Of a stretch of 64,000 nt of DNA, positions 19,897-29,963 are shown in pieces. Below the pieces are notes generated by a model. The model was not told the origin of the DNA and made no database searches. It saw only the letters and a program-made list of their open reading frames with translations. The position numbers were made by a program, and so were the translations under genes. This DNA comes from a virus, in the IMG/VR virus record IMGVR_UViG_3300036772_000367, positions 64,001-128,000 of that record; one strand, given 5' to 3'. The first letter of the stretch is position 1; the number at the start of each line of letters is the position of its first letter.

Positions 19897-20748
19897 TTAC
19901 TCGACGTGCTTCCACGACTTACGTCGCACGATAGCGCTGACGTTTGCGGCAGACATGCCGTACGCGTGAGCGATGTCGTCGGTCAGATCACCGGAGGCGT
20001 ATCGAGCACGGATAATGCGGATGTCGTTGTCAATGAGACGACTACCACCACCTTGTCGACGAACATGAGGGGCTTCGATCTCGTCCAGGTGCTGCCAGGT
20101 CTGACCTCTGATCGCATAGCCCAAAACAGCGATCTGGACATTATGGTGAGCTGCGATGGAAGCTTGGGTCTCGCCTGCTTTGGATCGAGTCCGAGCATCC
20201 AATACGATGGCATCAGTCAGGACGGCCGAGTCATTGGCTTCGCCACGCTGATTGGTCTTCCCTCTAGCTCGGCCGCGCTTGCTTTTGTCTCGCATGTTGT
20301 CAGCATGGGTTCCGTTCTCCAGATGACTGGGACGACAACAGGGTGGGTTGTCGCACTTGTGTCGGGCATGGTCTGGGATCGCTCCGCCCTGACTCAGCAT
20401 CAAAGCCATACGGTGGGCTCCGATGGTGGACTTACCATCAGGATTCTTCCGGTCATTGAAGATACGGAACAATCCGTACTCCTCGCCTTGAACGGGTCGT
20501 CGTCCGGCGGTCCACTCCCAACACGAGTCGTCGTCGTCAATGATGTTGACCTTCGACCAGAATCGAACTTCCAGTTCTGTCAGCTCTTGAGGACAGCTCT
20601 GGAACAGGAGGGCCTTGCGTTCGGCCACCTTAGCTCGAAGATCTTTGAGTGTGTTCCACACCTCGGTGATCTGACTTTCGAGCGCCCTGATCGGTTCCCA
20701 GCCTTCGTTCCAATCGGCGAGGGTCCGTACTTTGTCGTCGTATTCCAC
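19897..20748 (-). CDS. HNH homing endonuclease with two C-terminal HTH modules; probably leaderless
   Basis: RFWSKV...CWEW...YG...AHR...HKCDNPPCCRPSHLENGTHADNMRD; TATACT 6 nt upstream of GTG 20748. Confidence 0.85.
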   Translation of the reverse strand: MEYDDKVRTLADWNEGWEPIRALESQITEVWNTLKDLRAKVAERKALLFQSCPQELTELEVRFWSKVNIIDDDDSCWEWTAGRRPVQGEEYGLFRIFNDRKNPDGKSTIGAHRMALMLSQGGAIPDHARHKCDNPPCCRPSHLENGTHADNMRDKSKRGRARGKTNQRGEANDSAVLTDAIVLDARTRSKAGETQASIAAHHNVQIAVLGYAIRGQTWQHLDEIEAPHVRRQGGGSRLIDNDIRIIRARYASGDLTDDIAHAYGMSAANVSAIVRRKSWKHVE

Positions 20749-20865
20749 GGCGGCAGTATAGCAGGTAGTGAAACCTCTTCGTTGGGTGCCTCGGAACCGC
20801 ACCAAAATGATCTTGAAGAGATCATCTTCGATGAGCGTTTTCCCTGCTGGGGTGGTGGTTAACTC

Positions 20866-21360
20866 ATGCCGAACACACAGGTTCGTGTCGTGGGATCTTA
20901 GTCCGGATTTAGCACTTTTAGCTACCAAGGACACCCTATTGCGTTCCTGGAGGGTGTAGAAGATTCCGGTCAGCGGGCCTTCTCCGACGCAGGTCAGGGC
21001 TACCAGTTCATCCACCCGTTGGGTTTCACGCACCCGATCGAGATCGCGACCTCGCGTGTGCTCGCGGGTGGCACGCTGAACCTGACCATCCGGGAATTGT
21101 GGAACACCTTCATCTGGGAGCAGCTGTTCGGTCTGGCGGGGACGCACAACATCGTGGACGTGTTCGCCGCCCTCGCTGCGAACCCCGCTTATGTCACCTG
21201 TCAGACGGTGATTCAGCCACCCGGTGGTGCTGCTCCTCGTGGAAAGAACTTCCACAATTGCGTGGTGGTTGACATTGCCGACAACGACACCATCACCGTG
21301 GGGGCGCTGGCGGTGACCAAGGGAATCGTCGTGGCATATACCCACTCATCGGCGCTCTGA
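20866..21360 (+). CDS. Tail tube protein with an in-frame TAG at 20899-20901
   Basis: MPNTQVRVVGS*SGFSTFSYQGHPIAFLEGVEDSGQ... continues in frame into the 21019 ORF; lies between sheath and chaperones. Confidence 0.8.
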
Positions 21361-21399
21361 TGATCATGCATCAGCGCTGATTACAGAAAGGGTCATTAC

Positions 21400-21951
21400 A
21401 TGACCGCATTCAGTGCTGATGAAGCCCTGGTGGGTCCGACGTCCCGATCGTCGGACCCACCAGGCGTCTGGGATGCCCCAGAGCAGGAGACAACCACTCC
21501 TACGACTCCTGTGCGGGACGACCCGGTCAAGGACGATACCGATGATCTGACGCCGCGCGAGTTCAACCCTCGGGCCAGAGAACCGTTCATCGGATTGCTG
21601 TACCTGGGATCGCTGGACCGAGAGGTGACACTGTACGGCCACAAGTTCCTGTTGGTCACGCCCACTAATGCGGAGCGCATCCAGATGGGGTTGATCACCA
21701 AGGACTGGCGCGACACTGCGACCGAGGAAGTTGCCCTGGGTCAGGCGCTCGTGGCGGCCTTCCTGCACAAGGTCGACGGCCAACCGCTGCCAGAACCGAT
21801 CAGCCCAGATCCGAAGGACACCGCACTACGCGGCCGGTTCAATTGGGTGGGGGAAAACCTGCGGCGGCAGGTGATCACCGCGTTGTTCCAGGAGTGCATG
21901 ATCCTGGACACCCAAGTCGATATCGCGTTGGAGGCTATGGGAAAAGCGTAG
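21400..21951 (+). CDS. Tail assembly chaperone (G)
   Basis: Position before the tape measure gene; ends G GGA AAA GCG TAG. Confidence 0.85.
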   Translation: MTAFSADEALVGPTSRSSDPPGVWDAPEQETTTPTTPVRDDPVKDDTDDLTPREFNPRAREPFIGLLYLGSLDREVTLYGHKFLLVTPTNAERIQMGLITKDWRDTATEEVALGQALVAAFLHKVDGQPLPEPISPDPKDTALRGRFNWVGENLRRQVITALFQECMILDTQVDIALEAMGKA

Positions 21952-22355
21952 CGCCAGCCGGAGTGGACCCGTGGCTGAAGACAGAGTTGCGGTTGGCGGA
22001 ACGACAGGGACTGCTCACGGGACGTTACTTGTCGCCGATTCAGGTGCAGGGGATTCAAGTCCTCCGGCTGTTGGACGAGGTGGAGAAGCAGCAAACGAAG
22101 TTCGATCTGTTGCGGACGGCCTTGGTGGCGGCGGGAGCCCCTCCTCAGGACATGTGGCCCGAGTTCAAGGAGCTGTTCGGTGACGCCACGGTGGAGATGG
22201 ACGATCCGGCCGCTGACGATCCGAACGCGACGTATGACTACCGTGACGTGGAGTGGAAGGGCATCAGCGATGCTGCGCAGGAATACGAGGATCTGATGGT
22301 GAAGGTTGCTGCGCTCCACACGGGACGCATCAATGGTGAGTCCCTGACGAAGTAG
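21939..22355 (+). CDS. Tail assembly chaperone -1 frameshift extension (GT)
   Basis: Slippery GGGAAAA at 21939-21945 enters the open -1 frame KSVAPAGVDPWLKTELRLAERQGLL. Confidence 0.8.
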   Translation, partial: GKSVAPAGVDPWLKTELRLAERQGLLTGRYLSPIQVQGIQVLRLLDEVEKQQTKFDLLRTALVAAGAPPQDMWPEFKELFGDATVEMDDPAADDPNATYDYRDVEWKGISDAAQEYEDLMVKVAALHTGRINGESLTK

Positions 22356-22360
22356 GAATC

Positions 22361-24913
22361 ATGCCTCGGGAAAACGCACGCAAGACCGAAAACGCGTGGA
22401 AGCTTCGGGATGAGGAAGCAGCGCGCAACCAAGCGCAAGCTGCTGGTCAACCGAATCCCGCTGATGTGCGTTTCGGTGGCACTTCACAGATGCGGACCAT
22501 GAAGGTTCAGATCGTGGGTGCCGATAGTGCTTTCGTCGAGGACTTGAAGCGTGCGTTGGGAATCTCGGATAATTCAGGAACCATGGGCATCCATGCGAGT
22601 ATCGGTGGTGGCTTCGGAGAACTGCATACTCAACTTCAGTCCGTCATCACAGATCAACAGGCGATTTCCCAAGCCACCAAGCAGGTAGCGCAAGATCTTT
22701 CGTTGGCCGTGAACATGGTCACGAATTATCAAGCCACTATCGCTCGGCAAATGGGCACTTATATCTCGGATATGAGTAATCTGCGTCAGCAAGAAACCCA
22801 GCACATGCAGAACCTCGTCAGCATGATGACCAACGCGGTAGCTCAGATGCAGGGCGCCCCCGGTGGAGGGGGCGCCGTTCCGACGTCACCAACTCTTCCT
22901 GTCCCTCCTCCATCTCCTGGTGCACCACCACCCACCCCGTTGCCACCACCTCCTCCCAGGGGCGCAGGTGGTGGAGGTGGAGGCCCGACACCCCCTCTGC
23001 CACCTCGTCGTCCACGGACGCCTCCCACCCCATCCGGTGGTGGTACCACGATGAGTCAACTTCGTCAGCAGGCCGCACGGGGATATCGGAGTTGGGCGAG
23101 TGGTCATGGGTCAGCCGGTCAGACTATCGCCTCCACGGCCACGAATATAGGAAGTCGACTGCTACGGGCGAATCCCGTCACAGGAATTCCTCTCGCAACA
23201 GGGCAAATAATAAATGATGCAGCTATCTGGGTCACCAATCAACGTCAGGCCAATGCGCAGTATCAGTCGATCTATGACAATGGAAATTTCTCGGCAGGAG
23301 GAGCACTCTCTCAACTGGGTAGTTTCATTACTGGTGGTGCGACCAACGACACCTCCGGCTTCGGTCAACGAATGGCTGAAGAAGGCTTCGTCTTGTCCCA
23401 ACGGTTCTCTGGCGGGATGACAGAAGGTCAGGCGCGACAAGCTTTTCAGGGTGTTTCTCAACTCGGTTACGCTGGAGGTCAACGAGACAACGCATTGCAG
23501 TTTGTCTCAGACAACTACAAGCAGATGGGCATGGACATCGCCCAGTCTATTCAACTTGTTCAGTCGGCTGCGCAGAATGGTAATCAATCTCTCGCCGGAT
23601 TGGCCCAGCAACTTCAGGCGGTGTCTTCGCAAGCAGCCGCTACCGGTCAGAACGCGGGCGCGTTGCGACAACAGTTTTCGAATTACTACTCCCAGGGTTT
23701 GCAGTCGGGCCTGGGTGCAGGGTCTGGTTCTGTGGCGCAAGTGCTTACGTCGACTACTTCGGGTACCAGTCGTGACTTGACGAACGTCAACTACAGTTCG
23801 CTACTGTCCAACCCGGTCCTCATGCAGACCCTGGCGGCCCAGCGGGGGATGACTTTGGGACAGATGGAATCCCAGGTGGCCCAAGGCAATACCGGAGCCT
23901 TCACTCAAGCTTTGGGACAGCGCACCAATCAAGTATTGACAGGTTCTATGAACCAAACTCTGCGGACTCTGTTCAGTCAACAGGTGCAGCAAGCCGGTGG
24001 CTATCAACGAGTTGCACAGACACCTGGTTCGCAATACAACATTGCCGTCCAGCTCATGCAGAGTCGAGACTGGAATGTCATGGAAGCTCGGGCGGCCATG
24101 GGCACCCTGGGTATCGACACGTCCAAAATGAATGATGAGCAGATTGCCGAATATTACGTGTCGACCCTCTCCAGCGGCGGTGTTCAGGCTGCCGGCAGAG
24201 CACAACAGAGCAAACTCGGAACCCTCACACCACAGGAACGTGCTGCTGCGGGGGGTGGTAGCCCTAATATTGGTGGATCGTCTTATCTCAATAAGATGGC
24301 CCAGGACCGGGCTCAGAATACCCCCAGTGTGTTGGATTGGGCCAGTCAGCTCTTCGGTGGTGACAGCACAGAGAACAATGCTAAGAATGCCAAATCGCTT
24401 GCGCAGGCGTATCAGGGTTACGAGTCGCAGCAGGGCAACAGCAACCCGGCCATCGAATCGATGATCTCGTCACTGGGTACCACCGGTTCCTCTCAACTCC
24501 GTGTGCAGACACCCCAGGGTGACCGGGTGGTGTCCATGCAGGATGCGATCAAGTACTACTCCGACCAGATCTCCACTGGCTCGGCTGTCGTGGTGGGAGG
24601 CGCCCAGAACGGCAAGACTCTGGGAGAGGCCACCGGCACCGTCATCGCGGGCTACCAGTCACCCCGTCCGGGTGGTTCGGCCAAGAACGGCCCCGCCAAC
24701 ATCGGCCAGTCCTGGGCGGACTACCAGAAGGCCAACCCGAGCCAGCAGCAGGGTGCGGCGGCGGCCACCGGCACACAGACCAACGGCACCGTCACGGTAA
24801 GTCCGAGCCCCACGCTGATGCAGATGTTCAACTGGTCTTCCACGGGAGGCGTCAACATCGCGGGCTCCACGGCCCAAGGTGTGACACCCGCGATTCCGGG
24901 AGGCAACTATTGA
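22361..24913 (+). CDS. Tape measure protein
   Basis: Gln/Ala/Gly-rich helical protein after the chaperones; Pro/Gly linker. Confidence 0.8.
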   Translation: MPRENARKTENAWKLRDEEAARNQAQAAGQPNPADVRFGGTSQMRTMKVQIVGADSAFVEDLKRALGISDNSGTMGIHASIGGGFGELHTQLQSVITDQQAISQATKQVAQDLSLAVNMVTNYQATIARQMGTYISDMSNLRQQETQHMQNLVSMMTNAVAQMQGAPGGGGAVPTSPTLPVPPPSPGAPPPTPLPPPPPRGAGGGGGGPTPPLPPRRPRTPPTPSGGGTTMSQLRQQAARGYRSWASGHGSAGQTIASTATNIGSRLLRANPVTGIPLATGQIINDAAIWVTNQRQANAQYQSIYDNGNFSAGGALSQLGSFITGGATNDTSGFGQRMAEEGFVLSQRFSGGMTEGQARQAFQGVSQLGYAGGQRDNALQFVSDNYKQMGMDIAQSIQLVQSAAQNGNQSLAGLAQQLQAVSSQAAATGQNAGALRQQFSNYYSQGLQSGLGAGSGSVAQVLTSTTSGTSRDLTNVNYSSLLSNPVLMQTLAAQRGMTLGQMESQVAQGNTGAFTQALGQRTNQVLTGSMNQTLRTLFSQQVQQAGGYQRVAQTPGSQYNIAVQLMQSRDWNVMEARAAMGTLGIDTSKMNDEQIAEYYVSTLSSGGVQAAGRAQQSKLGTLTPQERAAAGGGSPNIGGSSYLNKMAQDRAQNTPSVLDWASQLFGGDSTENNAKNAKSLAQAYQGYESQQGNSNPAIESMISSLGTTGSSQLRVQTPQGDRVVSMQDAIKYYSDQISTGSAVVVGGAQNGKTLGEATGTVIAGYQSPRPGGSAKNGPANIGQSWADYQKANPSQQQGAAAATGTQTNGTVTVSPSPTLMQMFNWSSTGGVNIAGSTAQGVTPAIPGGNY

Positions 24914-25644
24914 CCGGCATCGCTTCGCTGGGTGGATTGTCTTTTCGGGTCAACCCCAGCCAGATCACCGTCGACTACTCCGTGGACACCTGTGTCATCA
25001 ACACGGTGGGTGGCCGCGTCGTGCAGGTCTATGGCACCACACTGGGCGACATGACCGTGCAGGGCCTGTACGGGGTCGACCGCGCGACACCGCAGGAGTC
25101 TTGGGAGATCGCGGAAACTTTCCAAGGACAAATCGCTCAGTTGATCAACCAGCAGGGTGCGCGGCCCTCCATCGCACAACTCAGTGGAACCGACCCCACA
25201 CCGATGCTGCCGCCTTTGCGTTTTACCTATTCCGATCCTAAGCATACGTGGGATTACAATGTCTATATCAAGTCATTCAAGGACATCAACAATCCTGAAG
25301 CGACTATCGAGCATGTCACAGGGAAATACTCCTATGGCTATTCTCTGATACTGTTCATTGTGCAGGATAATACCGGACAGCTTGCGCAGGTGGCGCAGGA
25401 TCAGTTCATCAGTCGACTATCTGATGGGCTTGGCTGGCAGCGCACTGCGTACAACGGACAGATGACGATTGCCGACCTCCAGAACTACTTGACGAAGAAC
25501 AGCCCGGACGGGACGATCCATGGATTGATCTTGCAGGAGTTCAACCAGGCGTCTCAGGGACAGCTCCCCACGGCCGGGTCGGCCACCAACCCAGTGCCCG
25601 GTGGCGCGGGCACCGTGAACAGCTTGGGCACATCAGGAGGCTGA
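24910..25644 (+). CDS. Tail/baseplate protein (tube initiator-like)
   Basis: FRVNPSQITVDY...TVGGRVVQVYG. Confidence 0.65.
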   Translation: MTGIASLGGLSFRVNPSQITVDYSVDTCVINTVGGRVVQVYGTTLGDMTVQGLYGVDRATPQESWEIAETFQGQIAQLINQQGARPSIAQLSGTDPTPMLPPLRFTYSDPKHTWDYNVYIKSFKDINNPEATIEHVTGKYSYGYSLILFIVQDNTGQLAQVAQDQFISRLSDGLGWQRTAYNGQMTIADLQNYLTKNSPDGTIHGLILQEFNQASQGQLPTAGSATNPVPGGAGTVNSLGTSGG

Positions 25645-25645
25645 G

Positions 25646-25846
25646 ATGGCGACATCCGATCTGTGGGGGACTGACACCCCCATCTCTATGCCCGAACCCA
25701 TCGTCCCCAGTCAGCCGGTTCTGGTGGACATGGGAGGGTTCGGCTTCACCCAGACCGGCATCGCACACAACATCACGCGTGCAGGTCTGGAGGTTTACAC
25801 CACCCCCTCGTTCTTGCCGTCTCCATCGCTGGAATCTGACCGGTGA
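25646..25846 (+). CDS. Small tail-module protein
   Basis: GGAGG RBS; GTGA overlap with the next gene. Confidence 0.6.
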   Translation: MATSDLWGTDTPISMPEPIVPSQPVLVDMGGFGFTQTGIAHNITRAGLEVYTTPSFLPSPSLESDR

Positions 25847-26460
25847 GTGGCACCACGGGAACGAGTGGGCCGAATAGCAATGCAGCCTTCGCGTTCACAG
25901 CGGGCGGCTCTGGATATTACTTCCAGAGCCGCTGTCGAGGCATCACCCATGGTTATGAGGTCGTGGCATCGGAATCGCACGCTCGCACCACTCGTGCGTT
26001 CTATCCGCGCCAGCGAGCGCTGGCCCAGTTCACACTCACACTGGAACTGAAGGGGTACGCAGACTACAAGGCTTTCATGGACTTCATGCGCAGCTACCTC
26101 CAGAACTTCGCCGCCAACACCGCCACGGGAGCCATGAGCGTGGGGGTACCGCAGCGCAATTTCCTGCGCTACGGCGTGCCAGTCGGTGGCATCTCCGATG
26201 GAGATCACATCGGGTCGATGGTCTTTGCACCCACGATCGTCTTCGAGTCCATCTATGATCCGCTGGATACAGCTATTTTCACTACCACGACCGACACTTC
26301 TCAGGTGGACCTGGGGACTTCCCAGAGTGACAATGCCGCGACGTTTTTCTATCCGGTTACCGCACCCACCAACGACCCCAACGCCACGGGAGAGTCTCTC
26401 TACGACGCACCACCTCCGGTGACCCAACCCGGTGGGCCCAGTAGTAAGCGGGCGGTGTGA
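25843..26460 (+). CDS. Minor tail protein
   Basis: Coupled ORF within the tail operon. Confidence 0.7.
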   Translation: MSGTTGTSGPNSNAAFAFTAGGSGYYFQSRCRGITHGYEVVASESHARTTRAFYPRQRALAQFTLTLELKGYADYKAFMDFMRSYLQNFAANTATGAMSVGVPQRNFLRYGVPVGGISDGDHIGSMVFAPTIVFESIYDPLDTAIFTTTTDTSQVDLGTSQSDNAATFFYPVTAPTNDPNATGESLYDAPPPVTQPGGPSSKRAV

Positions 26461-26466
26461 ACTGGA

Positions 26467-29136
26467 ATGCCCACATTTGTTTATGCCCCGAGCGTCACGG
26501 CCCATGTGGAGGTCACCAATAAACAGGGTCAGGCTGAGATCGTTGACATCTCTAATGATCTGACCGCAGGGCAAATGAATCTTCGCACCAATGGTGTGCA
26601 TTTGTTTCAATTCAAGCTCCAGAATTCTCAGCGCAAATATGACGGTCTGATCCGGCCGATGGATCGCATCGTCATATCGATGTCCCGGATCGGTGCCCCA
26701 CTTCGAGTGTTTTCTGGGTACATGAACAACGGGCCGATCTTTTCGGTGTGGCCGCGCGTGCTCAATATGACTGCCTCGTGCACCATCAAGAAGCTTCAGT
26801 TCTGGTACTGGGACTCCTCATCGAACGCCGCTCAGACTCTTATCACGAGCTGGCAACAGCTCCAGGCCAATCAGTCCACCCAGACGAAGGCCAACCAGGG
26901 CAACCAACCGAACGCGGCGGACGGCGGCATCCGCGACATGGTCATCCAGCTGCTGACCGAGGTCGTGGGCTGGCCCCAGGAGAAGATCCACATCGGGGCT
27001 ATCCCCACTCGATGGTTCGACTTCGCTACGTCGGTGGGCGACGAGATCATCAAGGCGGCCGACGAATCGGCCCTCATCGGCACGCTGGGCGGCTCGGCCT
27101 CGGTGGGTGGCTCAACTCTCACCGCGAACGGTTCGCTGCCGCCAGGGACGTACGCAGGCGTTGCGTTGAACCAGGATCAGGCCAACAACGCGGCGACCAT
27201 CTTCAACGTCGCTGTCTCCCGTGGTCTGACGTCCCATGACGCCGCGCTGGGCATCGGTTGTGCCATGCAGGAGTCCTCGCTGGTGAACCTCCACAGCGGT
27301 TCGGCTGACTCGGTGGGTCTGTTCCAACAACGGCCGTCTCAGGGCTGGGGCACCGTTGCGCAGATCGAGGACCCGCAGTACTCGGCCGGGAAATTCTTCG
27401 ACGCCTTGATCAAGGTCCCTAATTACGAGACACTGCCGTTCACAGTAGTGATCCAGGATGTCCAGCGTTCAGGGAATCCGAATGCTTATGCGCAGTGGGA
27501 GAATCTTGCCAACGCGTGCGTACAGGTCTTGCAGAAGAACAACACGAGCAGTACCAACGCAGGCATTCTGACACAGGGTTCGACGACCATCGGCTCCGGC
27601 GGTGCGACGGGAGAGAACATCGCTTCAGTGTCCTACAATCTTATCAAAAGCCATCCTCCCGGTTACATTCGTTATCGAGAAGGTGGCGACTCCGCCTACA
27701 ACGATCCGGATCCTCGGATTCTGGATTGCTCTAGTTTTGTAGATTGGGTCTTTTATCACACCACGGGTCGACCGTTGAATCCTTCCGGGCAACGCTCGGT
27801 GGCCGCATCTATCGGGCCGCAGTGCATCAACATCGACCAGGCCGCTGCCAAGAACATCAAGGGCGCCCTGCTGTTCCTCGGCGGTGTCGGTGCCGAGACG
27901 CATGTGGAAGTGTCCTTGGGCAATGGCTACACAGCCGCCGCGCACACCGACCAGGTCCCGCTCGCTCAACAGGTAGATGTTGGTCAGGCGGGGAACTTCA
28001 CCCACGGTGGTCTGCTGCCAGGTATCAACTACTCGAACTCGGCGACCACGGCAGTCGCCGCAAATCTCATCCAGGCCGTGGAGCACTATAAGGCCAGTAC
28101 GTCCGACCCCAACCAGTTCGGACCTAACGCTCCAGCCAGTTCCGTCAACCCCACCAACCAGACCGGAGCCAACACGGGAGACCCCTTCAACGCACTGATC
28201 AATGTCTACACGTGGGGCTTCAACCCCAGCAACGACGCGGATATTTTCGCTGGCCCACGCGCGATGATGAACGACGAGCCGATCCTGCCCTATATCTCGA
28301 ACCTATTGGGCGCGTCGATGCGTTCCTGGTGCTCGGCCCCCAACGGAGACTTCATGGCCTGGTTCCCGGACTATTTCAACATCTGGGGCATCAGTGCGGT
28401 CATGAATGTGCGGGCGATCGAGCTGATGGACTTCACGGTCGACTGGTCGGATCAGCAGATCGTTACTCATCAGTATGTTGTCGGTGTCCCCCAAGGAATG
28501 TTCGACACGGCATCAGGCTCTGTGTCGGCCTACGACCCAACCGGCGGCCAGGGACAACTCTACTGGGAGCTGACCACCCAGGGCGTTGCTACGATGGACT
28601 TCCCGCAGATCTTCCGAGCTATCTTCGGTCAGGATGCCACGACCGACTTCGTGAACAATTACTTGTCGCGCTTCGGTGGCCGTCCGAACATGGTCACCAT
28701 CCCGACCATCTCTCAGGGACGACCAGAGTTTTTCATGGCGCTGTATCTGTTCATGCAGCGGTGGGCCAATCAGTTCCAGGCTAATGTGCCCATGACCTTC
28801 ATGCCCGAGTTGTGGCCCGGCATGATTCTTCGCTTGCCGGAATTTAACTTCCAGGCGTATATCAGCGAGGTGCAACACAACTTTCAGTTCGGGCCAGACG
28901 GTGGTTTTTCCACCACGGCATCCATCAGTGCCCCAGCTCGTATCAACGATCAAGCCAGCATGTTCGGTCTGCTGCCACTGGGTGGTCAGGTCTACGCTCA
29001 GCCCATCACACCCAACGCACCCCAGACGCCGCCCTCCAATACCACCGGAGCACCACCGTTGCCGTTGCCGACCGCGACGGCCCCTCCGACGAGCTTGCCT
29101 GGCCTATTGAACACCCTGACGGGAGGTAACCCGTGA
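26467..29136 (+). CDS. Baseplate hub with lysozyme-like and NlpC/P60 domains
   Basis: AMQESSL...DSVGLFQQRPSQGWG...VQRS; LDCSSFVDW...HVEVSLGNG; FMPELWPGM. Confidence 0.85.
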   Translation: MPTFVYAPSVTAHVEVTNKQGQAEIVDISNDLTAGQMNLRTNGVHLFQFKLQNSQRKYDGLIRPMDRIVISMSRIGAPLRVFSGYMNNGPIFSVWPRVLNMTASCTIKKLQFWYWDSSSNAAQTLITSWQQLQANQSTQTKANQGNQPNAADGGIRDMVIQLLTEVVGWPQEKIHIGAIPTRWFDFATSVGDEIIKAADESALIGTLGGSASVGGSTLTANGSLPPGTYAGVALNQDQANNAATIFNVAVSRGLTSHDAALGIGCAMQESSLVNLHSGSADSVGLFQQRPSQGWGTVAQIEDPQYSAGKFFDALIKVPNYETLPFTVVIQDVQRSGNPNAYAQWENLANACVQVLQKNNTSSTNAGILTQGSTTIGSGGATGENIASVSYNLIKSHPPGYIRYREGGDSAYNDPDPRILDCSSFVDWVFYHTTGRPLNPSGQRSVAASIGPQCINIDQAAAKNIKGALLFLGGVGAETHVEVSLGNGYTAAAHTDQVPLAQQVDVGQAGNFTHGGLLPGINYSNSATTAVAANLIQAVEHYKASTSDPNQFGPNAPASSVNPTNQTGANTGDPFNALINVYTWGFNPSNDADIFAGPRAMMNDEPILPYISNLLGASMRSWCSAPNGDFMAWFPDYFNIWGISAVMNVRAIELMDFTVDWSDQQIVTHQYVVGVPQGMFDTASGSVSAYDPTGGQGQLYWELTTQGVATMDFPQIFRAIFGQDATTDFVNNYLSRFGGRPNMVTIPTISQGRPEFFMALYLFMQRWANQFQANVPMTFMPELWPGMILRLPEFNFQAYISEVQHNFQFGPDGGFSTTASISAPARINDQASMFGLLPLGGQVYAQPITPNAPQTPPSNTTGAPPLPLPTATAPPTSLPGLLNTLTGGNP

Positions 29137-29921
29137 TGAATACCAACGGGTTGTCTCAGCCAACCTATCCAGGGAGCGCTAGCCGGGGCTTCGCGTGGAA
29201 GCAGGTGTTGGTGCAGGGGGTCGACGGCAATGTAGCTGTCGTGCAGGACTCGGTCACCAAGAAGACTTTCAACGTCTCCATCACTAACATGCCTGCCAAG
29301 GGCGTCCCACCCGCACCAGGCGAAATGTGGTTGGTGAGTCGTCAGTATGCGGTGTGGGCCTTCGTATTGTGTCTCAATGCTCCCACGGCGTTGCAAATAT
29401 CCAATATCCAGAATCTGACGTCGGATTTGGCTACGCTCACTACGGCTACTCAACGTCCTCAGCTATTGTCTACTTTGTACAGTACGGCTAGCGTGCAGTA
29501 TATGGAGCAGGGCGCAGCCATTGCTTCAATCACCAATCAGACGTCGTACAGCACCATGCTGACTACTGGCTCGCCGGGCGCCCCCAACGGCTTAGTGTTC
29601 ATCGCACCACCTAGCGGTATTGTGCGATTGAGTTGGGGCGGGAATTTTCGCGTCGACACAGCCGCCATTGTGGTATATATCGGGTTGCTCGTCGCAAGTG
29701 GCGCCGTAATTGGATCAGGAACCCCTCTCTTGGGTATCGCGGACTTCGAGGCTATTCAAACGACTGCGACCAACATTGTTGTCCCTGGTGCACGCACGCG
29801 TTACATTAACGGACTGGTCTCAGGTGGCTTCTACAATGCCTATATTCAATGGCGTACGAGTGGCAACGGGACAGGTGAGGCGAATGGAGTGTGGGCCGAC
29901 GCGGTGCCCTCACCGCAATGA
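29133..29921 (+). CDS. Baseplate spike-like / minor tail protein
   Basis: N-terminal PAPGEMWLV motif; follows the hub gene. Confidence 0.6.
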   Translation: MMNTNGLSQPTYPGSASRGFAWKQVLVQGVDGNVAVVQDSVTKKTFNVSITNMPAKGVPPAPGEMWLVSRQYAVWAFVLCLNAPTALQISNIQNLTSDLATLTTATQRPQLLSTLYSTASVQYMEQGAAIASITNQTSYSTMLTTGSPGAPNGLVFIAPPSGIVRLSWGGNFRVDTAAIVVYIGLLVASGAVIGSGTPLLGIADFEAIQTTATNIVVPGARTRYINGLVSGGFYNAYIQWRTSGNGTGEANGVWADAVPSPQ

Positions 29922-29923
29922 TC

Positions 29924-29958
29924 CTGTCCTGAGCATTCCAGTTAATGCTAAGGGCTGA
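29924..29958 (+). promoter_or_regulatory. Putative late promoter motif (N21)
   Basis: CTGTC-N21-AAGGGCTGA. Confidence 0.6.
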
Positions 29959-29963
29959 AGGAG

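Noticed and set aside
19228-20862. 544-aa + strand ORF, or an intron around the HNH gene
   Set aside because: It is a shadow of the sheath and HNH genes. The sheath ends normally, the tube has its own start, and I see no group I core.
19897-21345. 482-aa extended HNH ORF
   Set aside because: The first ~199 codons are mostly antisense to the tube gene; a promoter and start at 20748 fit better.
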